64,000 bases of DNA from Caulobacteraceae bacterium (lineage in GTDB: Bacteria; Pseudomonadota; Alphaproteobacteria; Caulobacterales; Caulobacteraceae). Positions 25,262 to 34,093 of the stretch are shown piece after piece (positions within the stretch are counted from its first letter, which is position 1; each line of letters begins with the position of its first letter). Where the stretch lies: NCBI GenBank assembly GCA_035946795.1, contig DASYYX010000064.1, forward strand, positions 221,462 to 285,461, given 5' to 3'. The notes under the pieces are model-generated. The model searched no databases. It saw only the letters and a program-made list of their open reading frames with translations, and was not told where the DNA came from. The position numbers were made by a program, and so were the translations under genes.

Positions 25262-27292
25262 TTAACCGGAAATCCTTGCGAAGTCCGCCACCAGCCCCAT
25301 CGCGTTGCGCACCCGGGCGAGCAGTGCGAGGCGCGCGGCGCGCTCGGCCGCCACCGGAGAGTTGACCAGAACCTGGTCGAAGAACGCGTCTAGCGGCCGT
25401 CTCAGAGCCGCCAGCGCCGACATCGCGGCAACGAAGTCCTCGGCGGCCAGGGCCGCCTCGATGGTTGGGACGGCGTCGCCCAATGCCGCCGACAGGCGCG
25501 CCTCGGCCGGCGGCGGATCGGGCGAAAGCGCCGAGGTCGGGGGCGGAAGGCCGCCCTTCTTGGCCTCGGCCGCCAGGATGTTCGCCGCTCGCCGGTAACC
25601 GGTGAGCAGGTCAGTCCCTTCGGGTGTCCGCAGAAATGCGTCGAGCGCCTCCAGACGAGCGAGCAGGCGAACCAAGTCGTCGTCCCCGAGGCCGAAGACC
25701 GCGTCGACAAGGTCGTGACGACGACCAGAGTCCCGCAAGGCGACCTTCAGCCGCTCGGCCATGAACCCGAGGAGCTCGTCGGTGTCCGCGCGCCGCTCGT
25801 AACCCTGAGCCGCTTTGTCAAACAAGGCCCGCAAGGGTGTGCGCAGACGGTTGTCGAGCACGACCCTGACGATTCCGAGGGCCGCCCGCCGCAGGCCGTA
25901 CGGGTCACGTGATCCGCTTGGGCGTTCGCCCACGCCGAAAAAGCCGGCGAGCATGTCCGCCTTGTCGGCAAGAGCAACGGCTATCGACACCGGCGCCGAC
26001 GGCGCTGCGTCGTCCGGACCCTGGGGCCGATAGTGATCGCGGATGGCGGCGGCGATCTCCGGGCCTTCCTCCTCCAGCGCGTAATAGCCCCCCATCACGC
26101 CTTGAAGTTCCGGGAACTCGCCCACCATGGAGCTCGCCAGATCGGCCTTGGCGAGCCTGCCCGCCCGGGCCGCCGAGATCGCGTCGGCTCCCACCATTTT
26201 TGCGATCGCGCCGGCCAGCTTTTCCAGGCGCAGGGCGCGCTCGCGCATGGAGCCGAGGCCGGCGTGAAAGGTCATGCCGTCAAGCCGTTCGAGGCGGCGC
26301 TCGAGGGGGGCCTTGCGGTCCTCCTCGTAGAAGAAGCGCGCGTCCGCGAGCCTGGCCGCGAGCACCCGGGCGACGCCGGCCGCGATCAGCCGGCCCCCAT
26401 CCCTGGCCTCGATGTTGGCGACAGCGACGAAATGCGGCGCTAGCAAGCCGCCGCTGCTACGAACCGAAAAACAGCGCTGGTGTGTCCGCATGGAGGTGCG
26501 GATGACCTCGGAAGGGAGCGACAGAAAGCTGGCGTCGAAATCGCCGAAAATCGGCGTCGGCCACTCGGCCAGGCCGGCGTTCTCCTCCAGCAGACCGGCG
26601 TCCTCGATGAGCTCGACCCCGTGCTGCGCGCACGCCGCCCGGGCGCCTTCGAGAATACGGGCCTTGCGCTCCTCGGCGCCGAGAACGACGAAGTGGCCCG
26701 AGAGCGCCTCACGATACTCGTCGAAATCCCGGGCGCGAAATGGCTGGCGCGAACCCATGAAACGGTGCCCTTCGCTGAGATCGCCGGCGGCGAGCCCGTC
26801 GAGATCGAGCGCTATGACCTCGCGGTCGAAGACAAGGAGGATGCGCTGCAACGGCCTCACCCAGCGCAGGGACCCCTCACCCCAGGTCATCGACTTGCCC
26901 CAGGGAAAGCGCCGCACCATGGCTTCGACCATCTCGGGCACGGCCTCGCAGGCCGGTCTGCCCCGCCTGTGCTGGACGGCGAAATAGACGCCGTCACGAA
27001 CGACGAGATCGTCGCGCTCTACCCCAGCGGAACGCAGAAAGCCGCTCACCGCCGCTTCGGGAGCGCCCACGCGCGGCCCCTTGCGCACTTCCTCTCGATC
27101 CGCCTGGCGCGATGGCACCCCATCGGCCACAAGTGTGAGGCGGCGGGGACCGGCGAACGCGCGCAACTCGTCGAAAGCCAGGCCGGCCGCTTCGAGCTGC
27201 GCTCGCGCCAAGCGATCCAGATCGTCGGCGGCCTGTTCCTGAAAGCGCGCCGGAATCTCTTCTGAGAGCAGTTCGAGAAGCAGCTGCGGCAT
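25262..27292 (-). CDS. glyS: Glycine--tRNA ligase beta subunit
   Basis: MPQLLLELLSEEIPARFQ is the typical GlyS N-terminus. Length is about 676 aa, and the gene is adjacent to glyQ. Confidence 0.9.
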   Translation of the reverse strand: MPQLLLELLSEEIPARFQEQAADDLDRLARAQLEAAGLAFDELRAFAGPRRLTLVADGVPSRQADREEVRKGPRVGAPEAAVSGFLRSAGVERDDLVVRDGVYFAVQHRRGRPACEAVPEMVEAMVRRFPWGKSMTWGEGSLRWVRPLQRILLVFDREVIALDLDGLAAGDLSEGHRFMGSRQPFRARDFDEYREALSGHFVVLGAEERKARILEGARAACAQHGVELIEDAGLLEENAGLAEWPTPIFGDFDASFLSLPSEVIRTSMRTHQRCFSVRSSGGLLAPHFVAVANIEARDGGRLIAAGVARVLAARLADARFFYEEDRKAPLERRLERLDGMTFHAGLGSMRERALRLEKLAGAIAKMVGADAISAARAGRLAKADLASSMVGEFPELQGVMGGYYALEEEGPEIAAAIRDHYRPQGPDDAAPSAPVSIAVALADKADMLAGFFGVGERPSGSRDPYGLRRAALGIVRVVLDNRLRTPLRALFDKAAQGYERRADTDELLGFMAERLKVALRDSGRRHDLVDAVFGLGDDDLVRLLARLEALDAFLRTPEGTDLLTGYRRAANILAAEAKKGGLPPPTSALSPDPPPAEARLSAALGDAVPTIEAALAAEDFVAAMSALAALRRPLDAFFDQVLVNSPVAAERAARLALLARVRNAMGLVADFARISG

Positions 27293-27320
27293 GCGTCGCG
27301 TACCGGGGCCCGGGCCTGCT

Positions 27321-28229
27321 TCAGGCGCTCCCCGCGGTATCCTCCAGCCAGGCTTCGGCGCAAGCGCGACAAAGGTCGCGCACGCGGGCGATATAGCTTT
27401 GCCGTTCCGCCACGGCGACTGCGCCGCGCGCATCCATCAGATTGAAGAGATGCGAGGCCTTCAGGACATGGTCGTACGCCGGCAGCACCAGCCTTCGGCC
27501 CTGGCGGTCGCGTTCGGCCAAGAGCCGCGGCGCTTCACGCTCCATGTCCTCGAACTGACGCTTGAGCATGGCGACATCGGCGCTCTCCTGCTCATACGAA
27601 GAGAACTGCCGCTCGCTCTCCAGAAAGACCTGGCCATAGGTCTTGAAGCTAGGGCTCTGGGGATCGTTGAACGCCAGATCGAAGATGTTGTCGACACCTT
27701 GTACGTACATCGCCAGGCGCTCCAGCCCGTAGGTAATCTCACCCGAAACCGGGAAGACAGGCAGCCCCCCGACCTGCTGGAAGTAGGTGTACTGACTCAC
27801 CTCCATGCCGTCGCACCACACCTCCCAGCCGAGCCCCCAGGCGCCCACGGTGGGATTCTCCCAGTCGTCCTCGATGAAACGGATATCGTGCAGCATCGGG
27901 TCGATGCCGACCGCCTCCAAGGAGCGCAGGTAGAGCTCCTGCATGTCCTTGGGATTGGGCTTCAGCAGGACTTGATACTGGTGGAACTGGCGCAGGCGAT
28001 TGGGATTGTCGCCGAAGCGTCCGTCGCCTGGGCGGCGCGAGGGCTGGACGTAGGCTACGCGCCAGGGATCCGGCCCAAGGGCGCCAAGCACCGTCGCCGG
28101 GTGCAGCGTCCCGGCCCCCACTTCCAAATCGTAGGGCTGAAGAATGACGCAGCCCTGCCCGCGCCAGAAGTCCTGGAGCGCGAGGATCAGATCCTGGAAG
28201 GAAAGAGGGGTCGAGGTGCGCGCCGCCAT
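27321..28229 (-). CDS. glyQ: Glycine--tRNA ligase alpha subunit
   Basis: [32 protein letters not shown]...[27 protein letters not shown] matches the highly conserved GlyQ sequence. Confidence 0.95.
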   Translation of the reverse strand: MAARTSTPLSFQDLILALQDFWRGQGCVILQPYDLEVGAGTLHPATVLGALGPDPWRVAYVQPSRRPGDGRFGDNPNRLRQFHQYQVLLKPNPKDMQELYLRSLEAVGIDPMLHDIRFIEDDWENPTVGAWGLGWEVWCDGMEVSQYTYFQQVGGLPVFPVSGEITYGLERLAMYVQGVDNIFDLAFNDPQSPSFKTYGQVFLESERQFSSYEQESADVAMLKRQFEDMEREAPRLLAERDRQGRRLVLPAYDHVLKASHLFNLMDARGAVAVAERQSYIARVRDLCRACAEAWLEDTAGSA

Positions 28230-28325
28230 GTGCCTGGTTGGGTCGCTGGCCCCGGCTCGGTGGCGCGGGTCGAAGCGGCAGGAGCTATAGGTCCCGCCGC
28301 ACTGACCAGCAAGCCGGACGCAGGC

Positions 28326-28967
28326 TCAGCCGGCCGGCGGCGCGACCGGCGCAGCCTGGGCCGTGGTCGGCAGCTGCATTCCCGGGGGGACGAGCACGCG
28401 GTCGATCACTTGGATCGTGCCGTTGGTGGCGTGCACGTCCGGCTGGATGATGTCGGCGTTGTTGACTTTGATCACCGCGCCGCTGCCGTCCACCTCGAGC
28501 GGAGTGTTGCCGACTGTCTGCACAGGTCCCTTGGCGCCCTTGAACTTGGCGCTGTCGAGGTTGAGGTGCACCAGGTGGTAGACCAGCAGGCGCTGCAGGT
28601 TGGCGGCATTGGCTGGGGCCAATAGCTGCGCCAGCGCCGCAGGGGTCAATTGCTCGAAAGCCTGATCCGTCGGCGCGAACAGGGTCAGGTCAGGAGTCGA
28701 TTTGACGACGCTGGCGAGATTGGTGGCGTTGAGGGCCTTCACGAGGATCGTGAAACGCCCGGAATTCTGCAGCGTCGTAAGTATGTCACCGGTCGGAACG
28801 ATATTCGGCGATGGCGGCACGGCGGCTGGCGGCGCCGCCGGCGCGGCGGTTGCGGGCGCAGCTGGCGCGGCCGCGGTCGCAGGCGTGGCTGGCGCGGCCG
28901 CCGTTTGGGCCAGAGCGGGACCACATGCCAAAGCTAGAGCGGCGGCGGACAGGCAAATCGAGCGCAT
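28326..28967 (-). CDS. Secreted fasciclin (FAS1) domain protein
   Basis: A signal peptide, an A/P-rich linker, then FAS1 motifs (TLFAPTDQAF, NGTIQVIDRVLVP). Confidence 0.8.
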   Translation of the reverse strand: MRSICLSAAALALACGPALAQTAAAPATPATAAAPAAPATAAPAAPPAAVPPSPNIVPTGDILTTLQNSGRFTILVKALNATNLASVVKSTPDLTLFAPTDQAFEQLTPAALAQLLAPANAANLQRLLVYHLVHLNLDSAKFKGAKGPVQTVGNTPLEVDGSGAVIKVNNADIIQPDVHATNGTIQVIDRVLVPPGMQLPTTAQAAPVAPPAG

Positions 28968-29098
28968 GAAGTCTCCCAAAGGGGTTGAAGCGGCCGGATC
29001 GGCGACGCAATCCAGCCAAGTTGAGGCGAATAGATGACGCCGCGAAGACGCTTCGCCCCCCGGCGCTCAGCAGCCTAAACCGTGGCCAGGCCGGTTCG

Positions 29099-29422
29099 TC
29101 AATTCCCCGCGGGCGCCGTCAAACGTCCGGCCCGCGACATGGGTCCGCCGTAGCGGGCGCGGTTGGCCGGGGTGTCGGGAACCGGGCCATTGGTCGTCGT
29201 CCTGTCGAGGCCCTGGTCGAGGGCCTGGGCCTGGGCTGGCGTGACCTCGTCGCCAGACACGATCTGGCCGGAGGTGTTGACGCCGGCGTTGGCCGCCGAC
29301 GGCGTCGCCGGGGCGTAGTCGTAGCTGGACTGGCCCGCGGCTGCCTGGGCGCACGCCACGCCGGGCGCGGCTACGGAGAGCACCGCCGCTGCTGTGATCA
29401 GTATTTTGAAATCGTTGAACAT
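29099..29422 (-). CDS. Small secreted hypothetical protein (107 aa)
   Basis: SD AAGGAG lies 6 nt before ATG 29422. The signal peptide is MFNDFKILITAAAVLSVAAPGVACA. Confidence 0.55.
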   Translation of the reverse strand: MFNDFKILITAAAVLSVAAPGVACAQAAAGQSSYDYAPATPSAANAGVNTSGQIVSGDEVTPAQAQALDQGLDRTTTNGPVPDTPANRARYGGPMSRAGRLTAPAGN

Positions 29423-29541
29423 TGTCTTCTCCTTGAGCACTGTTCCCAGAAAGGAAGCGTCGGTATGGGCCGGCGCACAGGAAATACGTGCGGGGGTGTC
29501 CGCAGTTGCCGTCGATCACAGGTTCGTGATCGATCTTTCAG

Positions 29542-31242
29542 CTAGCGGAGGAGCAGCGAGGCCGCGAGTCCAAGCCCCAGCAGAGCTGCCAGCGCCTGCC
29601 AGACCCGCAGCCGGTGGCGCTGGTAGAAGGTGGGCGACTCGCTGGCCCAGCGCAGACCGGCGGCCGGTCCGGCTTCCATTTCCTGTCCGAGCTCGGCAAT
29701 GTCGCCGAAGCGCGCGCCCGGGTCGGGCGCGATCGCCCGTGCGATTACCTCCTGCAGCCAAGCCGGGAGGTCCGGGCGCAAGCTCGAGAGGTCTCTTGGC
29801 CATTCTAGGCGCGCGCGGGCCGTGGCGCCCTGGTTGCCGTAAGGGAACTCGCCGCTGAAGGCGCGAAACATGGTCACCCCCAGCGCGAAGATGTCGGTAA
29901 CGGCGTTGCCTCGCTCTCCGGCGAACATTTCCGGCGCCATGTAGGCGGCGGTTCCCGGGATCTCGGACCCGGGCAGGTCCTCCAGACCCGGCAATCGGAC
30001 CACGCCGAGGTCGAGCAGCTTCAAGGACCCGTCGGCTTCCAGGATGACGTTGTCCGGCTTGATGTCACGGTGGATGATGTCGGCGCGATGCAACGCCGCG
30101 ATCGCGTGCGCCAGCTTGACGGCGATGCTGCGGCCCTCCTCGAGACCGATCGCAGGCCGGCGGCGCAAGCGCACCTCGAGCAGTTCACCGCGGTAGAGAG
30201 GCGTGACCGCATAGAGGCAGGTCTGCCGGCCGGGCGCCAGTTCGATGTTTCGCACCAGGAAGGGGCAGTGGACCCGGGCGCCCACCCAGGCTTCGCGGAC
30301 GAAGGCCGCATGATGGCTCGCCACCGCCCCGACCTGGGGTTTGGGAAACTTCAAGGCCACGTCGCCGCCGTCGAGCTCGTCGACGGCGGCGAAGATGCGG
30401 CTATGTGGGCCGTCCGAGATGAGCGCCTCCAGAGCAAACCCATCGATCGTCTCGCCGCCGCGAGGCGTCGGTTTGAGCGGCAGCTCCATCAAAGCGCGTC
30501 CAACGTCCGTCGAGCGTCCGGACGGCAGTCCGACCACGTCCATCACGAGCGCGGTGCAATTGTCGGCGCTGCCCGCGGCAAGGGCGGCTTCGACGAGCGA
30601 GCGACTCGCTTCGGCCGGCGCTGAGCGCGTCCTCAGGACACCGGCGATACTGTCGTCCGAGAGGGCCGCATGGACGCCGTCGGTGCACAGCAGGAACCGA
30701 TCGTAGAGGGCTATTGGAGCGGCCGCGTAGTCGAGCCGCGCCTCGGCTTCGACGCCCAGCGCCCGGTTCAGCAAGCCGGGCCGGCCGCCGCCTTGCCGGA
30801 CATGATCCTCGCTGAGCCGCAACAGCCGATCGCCACTCAGGCGGTAAGCCCGGGTGTCGCCGATGTGCAGCAAGTGGGCGACGCGACCGCGAAGGACCAG
30901 GGCGGTGAACGCGCAACCCATACCCGCCAGATTCGGGTCTTGCCGACCCTGGGCGTGCATCCAGCTGTTGAGCGAACTCAGGATCCTCGCGCCGGCGCGT
31001 CGCACATCCATGGTCTGCGGCACGTCCCAGAGGCCATCGAGGAACCCGCGCACGGCCGTCTCCGCAGCCACCCTGCCGCCTTTGGCGCCTCCCATGCCGT
31101 CGGCGATGGCGACGGCGATGTCGCGGCGCTCGTCCGGCGGCGCCCCGCCGATGACCGCGGCCACGAAGTCCTCGTTGCGCTTGCGCGGCCCTTGCTCGGA
31201 GGCGAAACCGACGCTCACCTTCGGGTCGAGGTTGGGATCCAT
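29542..31242 (-). CDS. Bifunctional PP2C phosphatase / Ser-Thr protein kinase with a C-terminal TM anchor
   Basis: The N-terminal part has PP2C motifs (RKRNEDF, ADGMGG, DNCTALVMDV). The central part is a Hanks kinase (HRDIKPDNVIL, DLGV, APE). The C-terminal segment ALAALLGLGLAASLLL is hydrophobic. The start is either 31242 or 31287. Confidence 0.85.
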   Translation of the reverse strand: MDPNLDPKVSVGFASEQGPRKRNEDFVAAVIGGAPPDERRDIAVAIADGMGGAKGGRVAAETAVRGFLDGLWDVPQTMDVRRAGARILSSLNSWMHAQGRQDPNLAGMGCAFTALVLRGRVAHLLHIGDTRAYRLSGDRLLRLSEDHVRQGGGRPGLLNRALGVEAEARLDYAAAPIALYDRFLLCTDGVHAALSDDSIAGVLRTRSAPAEASRSLVEAALAAGSADNCTALVMDVVGLPSGRSTDVGRALMELPLKPTPRGGETIDGFALEALISDGPHSRIFAAVDELDGGDVALKFPKPQVGAVASHHAAFVREAWVGARVHCPFLVRNIELAPGRQTCLYAVTPLYRGELLEVRLRRRPAIGLEEGRSIAVKLAHAIAALHRADIIHRDIKPDNVILEADGSLKLLDLGVVRLPGLEDLPGSEIPGTAAYMAPEMFAGERGNAVTDIFALGVTMFRAFSGEFPYGNQGATARARLEWPRDLSSLRPDLPAWLQEVIARAIAPDPGARFGDIAELGQEMEAGPAAGLRWASESPTFYQRHRLRVWQALAALLGLGLAASLLLR

Positions 31243-31261
31243 TATCGCCCGGTAGCCGAAG

Positions 31262-31585
31262 TCATCGGACGAACCGGCACCGGTCACGCACGATGTAGCC
31301 GCCGGTGCTCGAGGCGCGCGTGACCGTCAGGTCTCCCGAATCCGGCTTGAACTCGAAAGCCGCACCAGATTCGTCGGCCCAGGCAATCCTGTCGCCCCCG
31401 AAGCTCGCCGGAGAACCATCGACAGAGTGACTGGCCGGATCGAGCTTGAAGGTCCAGGCAAAACCGCTCGCCGGGTTCACGCAGGCGATCCCGGTGGCGT
31501 CCGCCGGGCCGATGTTCTGTCCGGCGGCGCGGTGGCAGGCCGCCGCACCGAGCATCGCCGCAAGGCAGAACGCGAGCCGCAGCAT
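31262..31585 (-). CDS. Small putative lipoprotein (107 aa)
   Basis: Only the last 107 codons of the 356-aa track ORF look real. MLRLAFCLAAMLGAAAC is a lipobox, followed by a beta-rich sequence. It sits directly upstream of the kinase-phosphatase gene. Confidence 0.55.
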   Translation of the reverse strand: MLRLAFCLAAMLGAAACHRAAGQNIGPADATGIACVNPASGFAWTFKLDPASHSVDGSPASFGGDRIAWADESGAAFEFKPDSGDLTVTRASSTGGYIVRDRCRFVR

Positions 31586-31608
31586 CGTCGCTCCCGATCG
31601 TAATCGGC

Positions 31609-31636
31609 AAAAAGGGCCGAGGCGCCGCCTCGGCCC
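31609..31636 (-). terminator. Rho-independent terminator downstream of the ammonium transporter gene
   Basis: The minus strand reads GGGCCGAGGCGGCGCCTCGGCCC followed by TTTTTG: a GC-rich 10-bp stem and a U-tract about 45 nt after the stop. Confidence 0.75.
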
Positions 31637-31680
31637 AGATGCCCCCTGTCCGGGAGGGTGACCCGCCCGGGTCGAGACCG

Positions 31681-33000
31681 TCAACCGCCTTCGAAATTGT
31701 AGGCTGTTTCGCCGTGCACGGCGTCGTCGCCGACCTCGAGCATACGCTCGTCCATGCGCAGCTTGACGAACAGGCCGATGATCTTGAGCAGGACGAAGGT
31801 CATTACAGCGTTGAAGGCGATAATGAACGCCGCCGCCTCGAGCTGAATGATGAGCTGTTTGGGATCGCCGTGGGCGTACAGCATGCCCGTGACGCTGACG
31901 CCGGGCGCGTCCTTGTCGGTGCCGATGTACTCGATCATGGCGGGATTGGCGAGGATTCCGACCAGAAGTCCGCCGATGAGACCGGCCACACCGTGCGTCG
32001 AGAGCACGCCCAAGGTGTCGTCGACTCTCTGGAACAGCTTCGTGGACTGGATCTTGTTCATGAACAGCCACGGGATAGTGCCGGCGCAGAGGCCCACGAT
32101 GATCGCACCAACGCCGTCGAGATACCCGGCGCCGGGGGTGATCGCGACCAAGCCGGCGATCATGCCGTTGATCGCTCCCACCACGGACGGACGCCGGTTG
32201 AAGAGCGAGTCGAGCAGCACCCAGGTCATCAGCGACACGCAGGTCGCAAGATTGGTGTTCAGCACCGCGGCGGCGGCGTCCTGGTTGGCGAAATAGGGGT
32301 CGCCGCCATTGAAGCCGTTCCAGCCGAGCCACAGGATGCCGGCGCCGACCAGCGCCATCAGCAGGCTGTTGGGCTGAAAGTTATCGCGATCGGACTGCAG
32401 CCTCGGCCCAACCACGGCTGCGGCCACAAAACCCGAGACCCCGGCCGCCAGATGGATGACGTAACCGCCGGAGAAATCAGCGGCGCCCTTTTGCGCCAGC
32501 CAGCCGCCGCCCCAGATGCTGAAGGCGCCGACGGTGTAATCGAGGATCATCCATAGGGGCACAAAGATCACCCAGGCCAGGAAGCGCATGCGGCCGAGCA
32601 GCGATCCGGCGAGGATGATCACCGTTATGGCGGCGAAGACGAACTGGAAGAAGACCATCGTCGCCATCGGAAATCCGATCGGCGGCATGCCGCCGGCGGC
32701 CGCCGGAATGGTGGCTTGGCCGGTCATGAAGCCGGCGGCGAGCGCCGGCATCGGTTTTCCCAGGAACGGAAACCACTGGGGTCCGAAAGCCATGTTGTAG
32801 GCCAGGAGCACCCACACGACCATCACCGAGGCGAAGGCGTAGATGGCCATGAACGCCGAGTTCAGCGCCCACTTGTTCTTGACGAGGCCGCCGTAGAGCA
32901 CGACCAGCCCGGGAATGCTCTGCAGCCCGACGAAGGTCGCGGCGGCGAGCTGCCAGGCGTTCGAGCCGGTATCCAGCCATTTCGGTGATGGTATGAGCAT
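31681..33000 (-). CDS. amt: Ammonium transporter (Amt family)
   Basis: 439 aa with multiple TM segments. Amt motifs include FVGLQSIPGLVVLYGGLV, DFSGGYVIHLAAG and VHGVAGLIGGL. No glnK is adjacent. Confidence 0.9.
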   Translation of the reverse strand: MLIPSPKWLDTGSNAWQLAAATFVGLQSIPGLVVLYGGLVKNKWALNSAFMAIYAFASVMVVWVLLAYNMAFGPQWFPFLGKPMPALAAGFMTGQATIPAAAGGMPPIGFPMATMVFFQFVFAAITVIILAGSLLGRMRFLAWVIFVPLWMILDYTVGAFSIWGGGWLAQKGAADFSGGYVIHLAAGVSGFVAAAVVGPRLQSDRDNFQPNSLLMALVGAGILWLGWNGFNGGDPYFANQDAAAAVLNTNLATCVSLMTWVLLDSLFNRRPSVVGAINGMIAGLVAITPGAGYLDGVGAIIVGLCAGTIPWLFMNKIQSTKLFQRVDDTLGVLSTHGVAGLIGGLLVGILANPAMIEYIGTDKDAPGVSVTGMLYAHGDPKQLIIQLEAAAFIIAFNAVMTFVLLKIIGLFVKLRMDERMLEVGDDAVHGETAYNFEGG

Positions 33001-33208
33001 TCGAGGCCCCCTCGGGTGGTGCGGGATAGACGCCGGCGTGGGCGCACCGAAGCGAGTTCGGGACGCGCGGGACGGCGCGTAGAGGCTGGTCCCGCCGCTC
33101 GGGCGCCGTCAAAGTCGCAGCGCCGTCCCCGAAGCAAATGGCTTGGCCGCGCCCGCAATTGCCGAAGCTGCAGGCGCCGCTGGCGGTTTTTTGATCAGCG
33201 ATGCGGGC

Positions 33209-34093
33209 TCAGGCGCCGCTACCTCGAAGGACGCAGGCGCGCACCCACCATCGAGGCTGGTGAGCCATGACTTCGGCCGCCAATTGTTGCGCCGCCAACG
33301 TGGTGTCGCAGAGGCCAAAGGCGGTTGCTCCCGAGCCAGACAGGCGCGCCAGCCGACAGTGGGGAGCCTCCCGCAACACCTCGAGCGCCCCGGCTATCTG
33401 CGGCGCCCTTTCGATCGCCGGCTGCTCGAGATCGTTGCGGCATTCGACCAGGAAGCGGACGAGCGCCTGCGGATCCTTGAAGGCCAGCGGCATGTCGGGC
33501 CGATTCGCCGCGCGCGGCGAGGACCGGTCATACGCGGCAAAGACGTCCGCGGTCGCGCTGGGAATGCCCGGATTGACGAGCACGCAGGGGAGTTCAGGCA
33601 GATGCGGGGCCGGCGAGATCTGTTTGCCCCACCCCTCGGCAAGGAGCGGTTGCGAGGTCAGGCAGGCCGGAACGTCGGCCCCGAGTTCGGCCGCGAGTTC
33701 CAAGAGCTGTCTCTCGTCCAGGCGTGGAAAGGCGCGATTCAGCAAACGCAACGTCGCGGCCGCGTCGGCCGAGCCGCCGCCAAGGCCGGCTGCCACTGGA
33801 AGGTTCTTTTCCAGGACGAGGCGGAACTGCTCCGAAAGGCGGGCCATCCGGACGAATGAATCACGCGCCCGCACCACCAAATTGCCCGGCCCGGTCTCGA
33901 TGCCGCCCGCGAACGGCCCGGCCATCTCGAACGCCGCTGCGTTCGGCGGCTCGAGCCGCAGCAGATCGCCGACATCGGCGAAGGCCATCAGGCTCGCGAT
34001 GGGGTGGTAGCCATCCGGCGCGCGGGCGCCGACGTGAAGAAAAAGATTGACCTTGGCCGGCGCGAACTCGGCCAGATCGCCGTCCAGGATCAG
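33209..34093 (-). CDS. ispE: 4-diphosphocytidyl-2-C-methyl-D-erythritol kinase
   Basis: GHMP kinase motif (PVAAGLGGGSADAAA). The conserved N-terminal FAPAKVNLFLHV lies upstream of the first ATG (33988), so the true start must be a non-canonical codon near 34087-34144. Confidence 0.8.
   Translation of the reverse strand: MILDGDLAEFAPAKVNLFLHVGARAPDGYHPIASLMAFADVGDLLRLEPPNAAAFEMAGPFAGGIETGPGNLVVRARDSFVRMARLSEQFRLVLEKNLPVAAGLGGGSADAAATLRLLNRAFPRLDERQLLELAAELGADVPACLTSQPLLAEGWGKQISPAPHLPELPCVLVNPGIPSATADVFAAYDRSSPRAANRPDMPLAFKDPQALVRFLVECRNDLEQPAIERAPQIAGALEVLREAPHCRLARLSGSGATAFGLCDTTLAAQQLAAEVMAHQPRWWVRACVLRGSGA

Noticed and set aside
31586-32332. The upstream 249 codons of the 356-aa minus-strand ORF 31262-32332.
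   Set aside because: This part is antisense-frame overlap with the ammonium transporter gene and has an arginine-rich composition. Only the final 107 codons (lipobox onward) are credible.
33129-33148. A sigma-54-like element (GG...TTGC) upstream of the ammonium transporter gene; the minus strand reads GGCCAAGCCATTTGCTT.
   Set aside because: The GG-to-GC spacing is 13 rather than 12, the TGGCAC half is poor, and no clear NtrC palindromes are nearby.
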